From positions 246,019 through 310,018 of the forward strand of contig DHGX01000004.1 in the NCBI GenBank assembly GCA_002402995.1: a DNA stretch of 64,000 nt, in the 5' to 3' direction. Below are positions 17,960 to 28,180 of this stretch, in pieces; the first letter of the stretch is position 1, and each line of letters begins with the position of its first letter. Origin of the DNA: Patescibacteria group bacterium UBA4787 (lineage in GTDB: Bacteria; Patescibacteriota; Patescibacteriia; UBA2591; UBA4787). A program made the translations under genes and the position numbers. Under the pieces are notes generated by a model that saw only the letters and a list, made by a program, of their open reading frames with translations, ran no database searches and was not told the DNA's origin.

Positions 17960-20900
17960 TTACGGCTTAAGTAAAATTGAACCGCTGAACGAAGTGCCAT
18001 TCGAACGAACATCGCATTTATTGTCGCTACTATTAGAATCTTCGCAACAATTATCATCGCCCACGTGATTTCCGCCATTGCACCAGCCCCAATTATCCTT
18101 AACATAAACTGTGGGCTTGAATGAACATTGAGCCGGGCCTTCGCAGTGATAAAGATGGTTAAATTGGAAATAAGTGGGCGTGCAAGCATTTGGCACATTG
18201 CCGAAATTCAAATAACTCGTTCCATCTCTCTGATAGACCTCGTCGTTTTGACTTATGCCTAAATTTAAACAATCGGCGTTGGACGAACAACACATTGGCT
18301 TATGATTCTTGGCTAACATAGTATTAGAACCAGAAGACAATGGCTTGCCATCATCCCAATCAACCATAACTTCGCGAATCGGCATATGATTTTTATCCGC
18401 CCAAGCGTAAAATTTAAGCACGGCCGGATAAATACTGCCGCTACCAGTAAGATTATTTGTATCTTCGTTGTTAATGGTTATTTTCCCTATGGCGCCCAGA
18501 GAACAGCTTCCTTCGCCACTTAATTCTCCGCCGGTGCATTTGACTGAAGCGACTTTGGGAGCGGAATGACCAGTGACAGACAAACTTAATTGACTATCGT
18601 CAGGACTCCAAAGCTGGGCACCGTTAGAATACTGTCTAGTGGTAGTATTAAAACTATAGGCCTCGTAACTTTTAGCAAATAAGTTTTTAAGGGAGTCTTT
18701 GCTTGTGTAAACGAAACCATGCCGATTATCGCAGATTGTTCCCGAGACTATTAATGTAGAAGGTTTGGGAGAGCCGCTCGAACCATACGGTAAACAAATA
18801 GTAGCATAGAAGGCGTCATCAATTATTGCCGTAGTTTCATAACCCTTAAGACGATTAGTCCATGCTTTAGTAAAATTATTCGCGTCAGCAATCTTAGCTA
18901 CATAGCTTGCACCATTTTTTATGGAAACAATTATTTGACTAATAGAGGTTGTGCCTGTATGTTCGCTATTATCACAAAGTTGTATTCCTATACGCAACCT
19001 ACCGCCTGAATCAGCTCCCGCAGAAACGCCTACAAAATTGTTACCATCACTACAATTACCGCTCGGCTGAGTAAGATCAAAATTATTTGAGATATTCAAA
19101 TTTACCCACCCACTACCAGTAATTTCATCATCTCCCCCTCCCGAATCGTCACCACAAACAGTCTTTCCATAATTACCGCCCCATTCTTGAAAATACAAAC
19201 TAACTTGATCAATCTGGTCAAAATAAATTGGGATATCATTGTTATTTACCCAACTCACTACACCATAATTATCGACTTCATAATAACCGAGTATATTAGC
19301 ATCTGGACGACCACATACGCCATAACTATTAGATCCATCAAGAGTAAATTGCAAGCCACTACTAATATTTTGAGCGGTGCTGGCACCAAAAGCGGAATAC
19401 CATACGCTTATATTAGTATAATATCCTGCGCTTTGATATTGATTATAAATATCCGGATCGCCGACTGCGGCGCTGCCTGGCCACCAAGTCAAACAAGAAT
19501 TGAGTTCGCCTGGTACGGATAAATCTCTTTCCAAACAATAACCGCGCTGACCGATAGCGGTTGTTTTTTTACTCAAACGCGTACAGCCACTATTATACGG
19601 ATCCTGACTTGGCGCACACTCTTCGCCGAGTTTCGCGTCGCCACACTGCCCTTCAGCTGAACAAATACCGAGCCACTGGTCTTCAATATAAGTAAGATAA
19701 TTAACCGTGCCAGAATACTCGCCTTTTTTATAAGCGCACTGGCAATCTCTGTATAAATAACTTTGTGTATTATTATCATCGATCGGTTGACAAATATTGA
19801 TACCTTTATATTTATCGCTTAAGCCCGGAGCAAACGGCGAATCAATTTCCGGGTACAAACGGCAAGTTTTATCAATTACTCGGCCTCTGCCATCAACACC
19901 CGCATCGTCAGAACATTCACCGGGAGTTCCATCATCTAAAAGACCGCACTGTAACGCATTAGAACCTTTGACATCACAAAATCCACCGAAATTATCAATC
20001 TTGCTATCAATATTACACTTGAATGCGCAAGCTGCATTTTCTACGCCACAGTCTGTGTTGCTAGCGCAAGGACTACCTTCATAACTATCTTTTTTATAAC
20101 TGTTGGCGCTACAAATTTTCGCTGTATTTGCCTGACAAACACCGTTGCCACATTGCAAAGAATCAGTACAACTATTCCCGCTTAAGTCTATATAACCATT
20201 GCCATCGCAAAGTTTGGCACAAGTACTAGTATCACAACTCATACCTTCGGGGCAAGTACTAGAACAACCATAACCGCACCAAAACAAGGCCATACGAAAA
20301 TCTTTAGTGGCAATAGAAAAATCATTATTATTTTTTAAACGCATACTAGTGTTTCCACTACTGCCGGCACCGCCTTCAACACAAAAGCCGCAACAAGCAG
20401 CAGGTGGTAGACAAATTCCGCCAGCGCCGCAATCGGCATTAATGCTGCAGCCAGTAGTATTGCTAACATATTGGCGACTGCCAGAAGAACAAGTCCAAGA
20501 AGTTCCGGCTGGATATTCACAATTGCCTTGCCCCAAACCGTTAGTGCCAATGCAATCTGCGTCAATATTACAAGTATTACCAGCAGTTGAAATCGGAGCG
20601 CTATTTCCAGCCGAACAAGTCGTGCCAACGCAAGAACCACTGCCGCAATCGGCATTAGTAGCGCAAGACTCGCCAATCAGCGAAGTCTTGCCACTAATAC
20701 AACGAAGTTCTCCGCGGAGACTGGAAGTTAATTTATATATATTCTCATTATGTTCCCGATAAAGCTTGGGCGCCAAATTTTCAACCGGATAATAGTTATA
20801 TAAAGAATAACCGCTATAATCCCTGCCTGCCCAAGAAACATCGCGCGCTTTATATTCAGCTTCGTTTAAAATATCAGGATTATTAGTAACCACCGGATGA

Positions 20901-23900
20901 GCGCAAGAAATAGCGGCATTGTCAGACAACTGATCGCAACGCAACACATAATCACAAACATTTTTAAAGATATTTTCTGTTTTTGACCACTGTGGAGTAG
21001 AACCAGCGCAAGTCAGCCATTCACCGCATTCACGATCGCGGACAACTTTAATAATGGCGTTAGCGTCATTACCGCTTTGAGAATATCGCGCGCAATATTT
21101 GCAATAATCCGCGTCTTGATTATTGGAAATCTCGCAATCCAAAGTCTTCTTACAATCAACCGGCATAACTAAATCATATTTTTTCTCCTCGCTCTTTTTA
21201 TAAGTCGCGACTGAATTATAAGTAAAAGGCGTGGTGCCGTTATGATAATCTTTCAAACTACTATCCGCGAAAAGAATACAACCGGCTTTCGGGCTAACCT
21301 GACCATTACATGAGGTACGATCTAATTTAGTATTATTTAGATAATAATAAGGTTCAAGGGACTTGATTTCAACATCATCAAGAGAAGCTATTCCTCTTCC
21401 CATAGTATCAGCCGCATAAGCTTGATCAATAATTCTAAAATTAACAACAGCTTCTTTAATTTTTAAACTGCGCGGATTAAGCGGACCCGCGGCGGCTATA
21501 ACTTGGGAAAAATCGTGCCATCTGCCATCTATCATTGTTGAGTCACCTTGATAAATGACGGATATTGACGCATTAGTCCAATAACCATGGGTTATAACCC
21601 ATGCCCATCCATTGGGTATATTTATTACATCAAAACCAGCGCTTAAAGAATCTAAACACTTTGCCAGCGGAACTTCGGAGTTAGTTAGCGTAGCTGGATC
21701 ATAAGAACAAGGGGGAATATCATTTGGCGCTGGCAATCTATCGATACAATCAAGAATCCCATTACTACCGCTACTACCGTCTCTGTTAATAATGTCTATA
21801 CCCTTCCATTTTCCGTTATCCCACTTGTAACAAGCAGCCCAATCCTGCCATTCTCCGGTAGTAAACGCGTCGGATACGGTTATTCCATCATCCTTATAAT
21901 ACGCGGGAACACCCGACATGCCTTCAAAATTTAAGTCCACTGAAAGGTGCGCTATACTCTTTCTGTTGGGTATTTCACTATTATTTAAACCAATGGGTGT
22001 CAATAAATTATCAACTTTTATTTTGGCTTTTATAACATAATTACTGCCGGGCAAAGATATGGATGGTTTTATTTGTTGAGTGACAGCAGCCGCAAACCAG
22101 GACACCCCTGATGGTGCGTTCGTTACAAAACTGGCGTTTCGACTATCAATGCTCAATAATTTATTCTCGCCTTCTTGGGTAATCCCCACTGTTATAGAAC
22201 CTTTATCTACAAAATCATAATTTGTTGCATCATACCATGGGGAGGTAAGAGTCAAGCTATCTTCAAAACTTCCATTCTTTACTAAATTAAGAACCGCGGT
22301 GGCTTGAGTGTCAACAAAACTAGCGCAAGAATTTTGGCTGGAAGGACAAACGCCCACCCAATTATCGTAATTGCTTTCACCGGCCCAACGAATACCATAA
22401 GTTAACCCATCAGGCTGATAAGGATTTCCTTTGTTCGGGCCTTCTTCAGTATTATAATAACAAGCCTGATTAGTTCCTTTCTTGAACCAACCGCTTTTGA
22501 CTTCACTTCCGATATTAACATTCTCGCGATATTCGCATAATTTATTTTTTGGGTCGCGGAAATAAGCTTTAGATTTACTGCTCGCGTCAAAAAATTCTTC
22601 GCAACCCTGTCCGTTTTGATCGCATAAAATTGGACGGCGATCATAGAGATCAGGATCGTTTTTCAAATATTGATCAGACCAACCGACCACCGCGCCGTTT
22701 ATATCTAAAGTAGGCAAACCAAAACGCTCACAACCCTTAAATTCCGCTTTACAAATTTTTCTCGAATCAATCACTAAATAATCAACGCTGTCTGCCGGAA
22801 CATTTACGTCGTCAGTCAAAACCGCTGTATCTTTGTTAAATTCTTGGCCGAAAGGCGAAGAAGAATTATGGGTATCAATTACCAAATCGCAACCAACTTT
22901 ATCGTCCGGACATAAGCTACTGAAAGATTTGAGATAAGAAAATTTTCCAGCTCTATCTTTATAGCTGTCGCAGCCAATCATAAAACCCGGCGCTGAATTA
23001 TTGTTGTAATCTCTATCACAGACCAGCGGCGTTTTCCAAGAATTTTTAACGAGATAGATATTGCTAGTTATTTCTTGAAGTTTAATATTATCTAAATAAA
23101 ATCCTGTTGATGGTCCGGCGATAAACAAGCTTTCGTTGATATCTACGTCGCGGCTAAAATTAACCGGTCCAAGTTTAACTTCCTGCCACTCATCGCTAGC
23201 GATATTCTTAGAACCAAAAGACAGATCACTGCCAAATTTTGCCGAATAAGTTCCGCTACCCTTAACCCAGAAAGTTATCAAATATGATTTATCTTTCTTA
23301 ACCGAATTTTTTACTACGCGACTCACCGAATTAGTGCTTAAGACTCGCATAGAATGACCGCCCAACTTTATAGACTCTGTGCTTTGCAAAACATCACCCG
23401 TCCATAGAGTTATACTATTGTCAGCAGTTTCAAACTGATCATTAAACAAAGTTTTCATATTATTGGCGTTGTTGCCCTTATACTCGCGGCAGCCAACATT
23501 CGCCTTACCGCAAGAAACTCCCTCGCTTGGTATGGCCATATAAACGCAAATTCCCGTAGCAGGGTCATAACTCGTTCCCGGCACATCATTGGTTGGACAA
23601 TAAGCATTATCAACCGAAGTAGTCTTCCTAAACGGATGGCAATCTTGTGAACAGCTTATCGTGTTCTCATAAATACGATAATAAACCTCACCCGTGGCAC
23701 TATAAAATTGTTTACAGTGCGGATTGACCAAGATATCGTCTGCTCCGGCGCAAGACCCCAAATCCAAACGTAGATTAGAAACAACCGCTGGACCAGCATC
23801 ATTACCCTGTTTTAAATAATATCTTTTCAGTTGATATCCCGTAGTGTCGGAACCGATCCAGGTATAATAAGGATTGCAAACAACTTGACCGATCGCGACA

Positions 23901-26900
23901 GGATTGTTGTTCTGATCGGTTCTTACGCACTGCCTAAGATAAGAATAATACTCTTTTCCTTCACCGCCTTTGGCAACTTCATCTAGATTAGTAAATTCTT
24001 CGCATCCCACATCCGAAGCTGGACAACTCTTGCCGGTTGCCGAAATAAAATTAGTGAACGGCACGGCTGATTCAAAATTAGTAGCCGACTGACGAAAAGT
24101 ATTATAACCCACGCAATCCGAAGGGCACGTGTCTTCATTTTTAACAATAGCCGGAAAAGCGCTACCAGAAGAAATATTAGTATAAAGTTCGCACCCAACC
24201 TCCGTGGCGCTGCATTTTTTCGTAAAATTAGCGCACTTAACCGGATCTTCGTTGATAGTTCCACATTTCAAATAATCCGGCGCAGTTTTTAAATAAATTT
24301 TATTAATAGACGCGTATTCTTTATAAGGAGTGGTGTTCGCGCCTGATTCTAATTGAAAATCGTCAAAATAAATATCGCCGTTGATGTCATCACCTGGTTC
24401 CCATCTCAAAGTACGAACATCTAATTCTGAACCGTTAATTATTAACGGATAATTAAATGTGTAAATCAAACGTTGCCAATTATTAGTGATTTTTTGTTGA
24501 GAAATTTCTACCACGTTACTGCTGTCCACCGGGTTCGCGAAAAGATGAAGATTGATAGACTTTTCCGGTCTAACCCAAATCGAGAAAGTATATTGTTTGC
24601 CGATCGCGAGTGGCAGAGAAACGTCCGGATTAATCCGCGGACTGCCCCAAGCAGAAATAACTTTCGCCACTGCCTTGCCAGAATAAGCAAGGTTTTGATC
24701 CGCCAAGAAAAATCCGCCCTCAATATCCCAACCGTTTACACTGGTGAGCTGGCCTTGATTGTCGACATTATAATTTTCAAAACTACCATTCGGAATTAAA
24801 TTAACACCGGAACCGACCGTTGCTTGAATATATTCATGGCAACCCTCGTTGTCATTGGAACAGGCGCTAATATTTTTATTAAAAAAAATGACATTGCTTT
24901 GGTTGCCAACGACTTCCGGTCCAGAGCAAGTCCATGTCAAAATTTCTTTATTGTCAACAACTTCCGGTCCATAATTTTTACAATACCACCCGCAACCTAC
25001 ATTATTTTGATCGCAACCGCTAAAATCAATTGTATTTTTAACGAATGATTTTTCTTCGCCGGTATTAACATTTTTATAAATAGAACATGATTCATATTGT
25101 TTGGAGCATTCATCTCCTCCGAAACGCCAGATATTTTTTTCACGAGTGCAATAACCCCAACCCAAACACTGTCCCTTCTCGTCTGTTTTAAGACAATCTT
25201 TCAAGTCAACGCAAACTTCCTGCCTTTGATTAGAGTCGCCCAGCGGAACCGCGCCATAACCCCTGGCTTCACAGAAAAATTGCGGGATACTCAAAATCCA
25301 ATTTGGATCAACGAGGCGGTGGAACGGACTGTTCTCTTGATTGAAGCCATCAACGACTTCTTTCAAAGTATAATTTTTATTTCCCAATTCTCCGTTGGAA
25401 ATTTTTGTCGCGGCAATTTCTAAACCAAGAGGCGTGATTCTGGCGCGACGTAATTTTTTAATATTTGTTAAACTGAATCTTTCGTTGCAATCATTAAATC
25501 TATCGGCTTTGCCAATTTCGCCGACGGTCCAATTTTTATTCAAGAGATTTTTCTCTATCGCTTCGCTAATAGACATTTTCTCTTCAATCGCGCGACGGAA
25601 ACCAGCATCAATAACATTGGTATCCGGCAACACATAATTAGCCCGATCTATATAACTGGAATAATTTTCCAATAAATCAACCTGTCCGCCACTTCTAATT
25701 GGGGCCGTGGCTAAATCAGCCATAGCAATTTTAGACTCTGTCGCGCCAGGATTAAAAACAACCTTTCCGGACGGATCAATACTCCAGCTCGTATCAGGAT
25801 CTTCTGAAGGATTTAAGCCTTTTTTAAGTCTATCTAAAAGCTTACTTATTAAAGTATTAGTAAAAATGCCAATGGCGTCAGCTGCGGCTACGCCAGTGTA
25901 TTGTTTAACGCTGGCCGTGCCCTCCTGAACTGCTTTACGCGCTTGTTCTCCGACCAAAGTAGATGGCGTTTTAATTTTTCCGGAAACTAAACTCTCAATG
26001 CCCTTCATTGGACCATTAATTAAACCCCATACTTTTTTCTCTTCCTCGCGGGCAGCTTTTTCTAATTGAGCCTGTTCAGAAAGAACCATTAAAGCTCCCA
26101 GGTCGCTACCCGAAGCTGACATATCCTTCTGAAGATCTTCTAATGTAGTATTAGGACCGCCACCCGCATAACTCGGGCTTTCTACGCCGGCAATAAACTT
26201 AGTCACTCGCCCGTTAATTTCGGTAATCTGGCTAAGTAATTGACTAAAATAGGTTTGAGCCCTATTAGTTTGCGCCTTACAACAATTCGCATATTTCAAA
26301 GTGCAATCGGTCCCGATAGTATCACAACCCGTCAATCCTTCATTACAATAACCGCGACACTTGGGATTGCCACAAAAGTCGTTAACCGAGGCAATCGAAC
26401 AACTGACCGGATCGTCCATATTATTATTGGTAAAACAAGTGGTTTTATTTGGCAGGTCTTGAAGTTTTTTATTTTCTACTTTCAACTTATTCAAAAGGCC
26501 TTCATTAGCTATTACCGAGATATCCGGCCACTTTTGGTTGATGTCGTCTAAATATCCGGTGATTCTATTAAAAGAATTATTAATATCTGTTTTAAAACAG
26601 TCTATGACATACCTGGTCGTTTGATTAATCGAGGTGTCAGCATTATAAAGCTGGTTCAATTGTTCTAATCTGGCGCCGAATTCATCGCCAGTTTCCGTAT
26701 CAGCGCTAAAACTAACCAAATTCTTTTTTAATAAATCGCCTTGCGCTTTTCTAATTTTACTTAATGAACACAGTTTATTTTGAGATATGGGCGGCATTTT
26801 TGAAGAAATATCCGGAAGACTAAGAATTAATTTAAATTTTAATTGCGGATCAAGCGGATCGCAGAGGCTTTGGTTAATGAAACCTGAAGCTTGAGCGGTT

Positions 26901-27271
26901 TTATCAATAAATTCACCCAGGGCTTCGTCGCCGGCTTTTTTCCAATATTGAGGGTCGGTTAAAAACAACGGCTTCTGTCCCTTGCCACCGCTGGCTACAT
27001 ATTCAGCAGACTGTTGAGCCATTTGCCCTAAATAAACATTAAGCGCGTTTTTATAAGCCACGGCTCCGCCAACTTTCCATGCATATTTTAATAAATCGTT
27101 CACGCGCTCCCATACCCATTTTCCGATTTGCATGGCGATATGGCCGACATCGGTGAACTGCGCCTGGGCCGGTTCGGGATAAAATAAAATTGGCGATAAT
27201 ATCGACAAAAACATCGTTAATAAAACGATGCCGCTTAATAACTTAAAACCTATTTTTTTATTTAGGGACAT
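17960..27271 (-). CDS. Giant secreted or surface protein (3103 aa), Cys-rich, with three CBM-like jelly-roll modules and repeated Cys-knot-like modules; a putative adhesin or host-interaction protein
   Basis: Single uninterrupted 9.3-kb ORF. N-terminal signal/TM (LLSGIVLLTMFLSILSPILFYPEPAQAQ). Three NGSFE/FxxW jelly-roll-like segments (LIPNGSFENYNVDNQGQLTSVNGWDIEGG...; LVKNGSFEDSLTLTSPWYDATNY...; LFNDQFETADNSITLWTGDV...). At least five copies of C-x(2-3)-[ND]-x-D-C-G-x-G-x-C modules (CNIDADCIGTNGLGQGNC, CSINADCGAGGIC, CATNADCGSGSC, CTDSLQCGNGVC, CASNTDCGVENAAC). No LPXTG or other recognisable anchor. Confidence 0.6.
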   Translation of the reverse strand: MSLNKKIGFKLLSGIVLLTMFLSILSPILFYPEPAQAQFTDVGHIAMQIGKWVWERVNDLLKYAWKVGGAVAYKNALNVYLGQMAQQSAEYVASGGKGQKPLFLTDPQYWKKAGDEALGEFIDKTAQASGFINQSLCDPLDPQLKFKLILSLPDISSKMPPISQNKLCSLSKIRKAQGDLLKKNLVSFSADTETGDEFGARLEQLNQLYNADTSINQTTRYVIDCFKTDINNSFNRITGYLDDINQKWPDISVIANEGLLNKLKVENKKLQDLPNKTTCFTNNNMDDPVSCSIASVNDFCGNPKCRGYCNEGLTGCDTIGTDCTLKYANCCKAQTNRAQTYFSQLLSQITEINGRVTKFIAGVESPSYAGGGPNTTLEDLQKDMSASGSDLGALMVLSEQAQLEKAAREEEKKVWGLINGPMKGIESLVSGKIKTPSTLVGEQARKAVQEGTASVKQYTGVAAADAIGIFTNTLISKLLDRLKKGLNPSEDPDTSWSIDPSGKVVFNPGATESKIAMADLATAPIRSGGQVDLLENYSSYIDRANYVLPDTNVIDAGFRRAIEEKMSISEAIEKNLLNKNWTVGEIGKADRFNDCNERFSLTNIKKLRRARITPLGLEIAATKISNGELGNKNYTLKEVVDGFNQENSPFHRLVDPNWILSIPQFFCEARGYGAVPLGDSNQRQEVCVDLKDCLKTDEKGQCLGWGYCTREKNIWRFGGDECSKQYESCSIYKNVNTGEEKSFVKNTIDFSGCDQNNVGCGWYCKNYGPEVVDNKEILTWTCSGPEVVGNQSNVIFFNKNISACSNDNEGCHEYIQATVGSGVNLIPNGSFENYNVDNQGQLTSVNGWDIEGGFFLADQNLAYSGKAVAKVISAWGSPRINPDVSLPLAIGKQYTFSIWVRPEKSINLHLFANPVDSSNVVEISQQKITNNWQRLIYTFNYPLIINGSELDVRTLRWEPGDDINGDIYFDDFQLESGANTTPYKEYASINKIYLKTAPDYLKCGTINEDPVKCANFTKKCSATEVGCELYTNISSGSAFPAIVKNEDTCPSDCVGYNTFRQSATNFESAVPFTNFISATGKSCPASDVGCEEFTNLDEVAKGGEGKEYYSYLRQCVRTDQNNNPVAIGQVVCNPYYTWIGSDTTGYQLKRYYLKQGNDAGPAVVSNLRLDLGSCAGADDILVNPHCKQFYSATGEVYYRIYENTISCSQDCHPFRKTTSVDNAYCPTNDVPGTSYDPATGICVYMAIPSEGVSCGKANVGCREYKGNNANNMKTLFNDQFETADNSITLWTGDVLQSTESIKLGGHSMRVLSTNSVSRVVKNSVKKDKSYLITFWVKGSGTYSAKFGSDLSFGSKNIASDEWQEVKLGPVNFSRDVDINESLFIAGPSTGFYLDNIKLQEITSNIYLVKNSWKTPLVCDRDYNNNSAPGFMIGCDSYKDRAGKFSYLKSFSSLCPDDKVGCDLVIDTHNSSSPFGQEFNKDTAVLTDDVNVPADSVDYLVIDSRKICKAEFKGCERFGLPTLDINGAVVGWSDQYLKNDPDLYDRRPILCDQNGQGCEEFFDASSKSKAYFRDPKNKLCEYRENVNIGSEVKSGWFKKGTNQACYYNTEEGPNKGNPYQPDGLTYGIRWAGESNYDNWVGVCPSSQNSCASFVDTQATAVLNLVKNGSFEDSLTLTSPWYDATNYDFVDKGSITVGITQEGENKLLSIDSRNASFVTNAPSGVSWFAAAVTQQIKPSISLPGSNYVIKAKIKVDNLLTPIGLNNSEIPNRKSIAHLSVDLNFEGMSGVPAYYKDDGITVSDAFTTGEWQDWAACYKWDNGKWKGIDIINRDGSSGSNGILDCIDRLPAPNDIPPCSYDPATLTNSEVPLAKCLDSLSAGFDVINIPNGWAWVITHGYWTNASISVIYQGDSTMIDGRWHDFSQVIAAAGPLNPRSLKIKEAVVNFRIIDQAYAADTMGRGIASLDDVEIKSLEPYYYLNNTKLDRTSCNGQVSPKAGCILFADSSLKDYHNGTTPFTYNSVATYKKSEEKKYDLVMPVDCKKTLDCEISNNQDADYCKYCARYSQSGNDANAIIKVVRDRECGEWLTCAGSTPQWSKTENIFKNVCDYVLRCDQLSDNAAISCAHPVVTNNPDILNEAEYKARDVSWAGRDYSGYSLYNYYPVENLAPKLYREHNENIYKLTSSLRGELRCISGKTSLIGESCATNADCGSGSCVGTTCSAGNSAPISTAGNTCNIDADCIGTNGLGQGNCEYPAGTSWTCSSGSRQYVSNTTGCSINADCGAGGICLPPAACCGFCVEGGAGSSGNTSMRLKNNNDFSIATKDFRMALFWCGYGCSSTCPEGMSCDTSTCAKLCDGNGYIDLSGNSCTDSLQCGNGVCQANTAKICSANSYKKDSYEGSPCASNTDCGVENAACAFKCNIDSKIDNFGGFCDVKGSNALQCGLLDDGTPGECSDDAGVDGRGRVIDKTCRLYPEIDSPFAPGLSDKYKGINICQPIDDNNTQSYLYRDCQCAYKKGEYSGTVNYLTYIEDQWLGICSAEGQCGDAKLGEECAPSQDPYNSGCTRLSKKTTAIGQRGYCLERDLSVPGELNSCLTWWPGSAAVGDPDIYNQYQSAGYYTNISVWYSAFGASTAQNISSGLQFTLDGSNSYGVCGRPDANILGYYEVDNYGVVSWVNNNDIPIYFDQIDQVSLYFQEWGGNYGKTVCGDDSGGGDDEITGSGWVNLNISNNFDLTQPSGNCSDGNNFVGVSAGADSGGRLRIGIQLCDNSEHTGTTSISQIIVSIKNGASYVAKIADANNFTKAWTNRLKGYETTAIIDDAFYATICLPYGSSGSPKPSTLIVSGTICDNRHGFVYTSKDSLKNLFAKSYEAYSFNTTTRQYSNGAQLWSPDDSQLSLSVTGHSAPKVASVKCTGGELSGEGSCSLGAIGKITINNEDTNNLTGSGSIYPAVLKFYAWADKNHMPIREVMVDWDDGKPLSSGSNTMLAKNHKPMCCSSNADCLNLGISQNDEVYQRDGTSYLNFGNVPNACTPTYFQFNHLYHCEGPAQCSFKPTVYVKDNWGWCNGGNHVGDDNCCEDSNSSDNKCDVRSNGTSFSGSILLKP

Positions 27272-27406
27272 ATTGTATATTAGAATTAAGAATTAAGAAT
27301 TAAGAATTACCTGCCCTGTTAAATACCGCCTTGTGGCAATCCCGACGCAGTCGGGATTATTTAACAATCGTGAAAATTACGAAATATGAATCAAAATGTT
27401 ATAATA

Positions 27407-28180
27407 TTAATTGGAATTTGAAATGCCTTGTAAGAACATATTTTTTAGGGTTTCGTCGTCTATCGCATCAAGCATATTTTTATCAACACCATTCTGCAAA
27501 AGTAACGCTCGGATTTCATTAACATTTAATAAAGAAGTGTCTTGATTTATGCCAGAATTGGCTTCAGATTGCCCGCTTAGATTCGGCGAGGATGTGCTAT
27601 TTTTTAAGACACTTTCGAGGTCTATGCCTGTTTCTTGTTTGGTTTCATTATACATATTTTTTAGGGTTTCGTCATCTATCTTATCCACCGCATCTTTAGA
27701 CATACCGCCCTGTGTAATTAAAATTTCTCTAATTTGGTCGGCGGTCAAATTATCCGCATTTTGCTCGCTTTTCGGAACACCAAAACTAATGGGCTGACCA
27801 GCCTTATTGTCTGGAAAATAACTGCCAACATTATTCGGCGTTGAAGCCGGATCAAGAGGGTTACTACCCGCTGAAACTTCTTCTTTGTCATTGAAACCGT
27901 CGCCATCAGAATCAGCTAAATATTTTGAGGTATGATAGTTGTTTTCTTCTTGCCAATCCGGAATTCCATCACCATCCGTATCCTTGTCTTGATTGTTTTT
28001 TAGAATATTTTTTAATTTTTCCGCCGAAGGATTAATTTTCGCCGCGAATGGCTGATAAATTGTGTTTTTAATTTTAAAATAACCGACGGTTAGAATAGAA
28101 ATAGAAAATATAACCAGACCGAATATTATAATTCCGTCTTTATAAGTATTAAAGAATAATTTTGAACCGATTTGTTTCAT
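27407..28180 (-). CDS. Secreted or N-anchored protein with thrombospondin-type-3-like Ca-binding Asp repeats and an internally duplicated helical module
   Basis: 257 aa. N-terminal TM. DTDGDGIPDWQEEN and DSDGDGFNDKEEV (DxDxDG). A duplicated module ...IREILITQGGMSKDAVDKIDDETLKNMYNE / ...IRALLLQNGVDKNMLDAIDDETLKNMFLQ. The DNA also shows the duplication (27420-27500 versus 27650-27730). Confidence 0.45.
   Translation of the reverse strand: MKQIGSKLFFNTYKDGIIIFGLVIFSISILTVGYFKIKNTIYQPFAAKINPSAEKLKNILKNNQDKDTDGDGIPDWQEENNYHTSKYLADSDGDGFNDKEEVSAGSNPLDPASTPNNVGSYFPDNKAGQPISFGVPKSEQNADNLTADQIREILITQGGMSKDAVDKIDDETLKNMYNETKQETGIDLESVLKNSTSSPNLSGQSEANSGINQDTSLLNVNEIRALLLQNGVDKNMLDAIDDETLKNMFLQGISNSN

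Noticed and set aside
27330-27352. Palindrome aatcccgacgcagtcgggatt, considered as a terminator between the Ca-binding protein gene and the giant gene.
   Set aside because: There is no adequate U-tract on the minus strand, and the two genes are co-directional and likely co-transcribed. It is kept only as a note in the findings.
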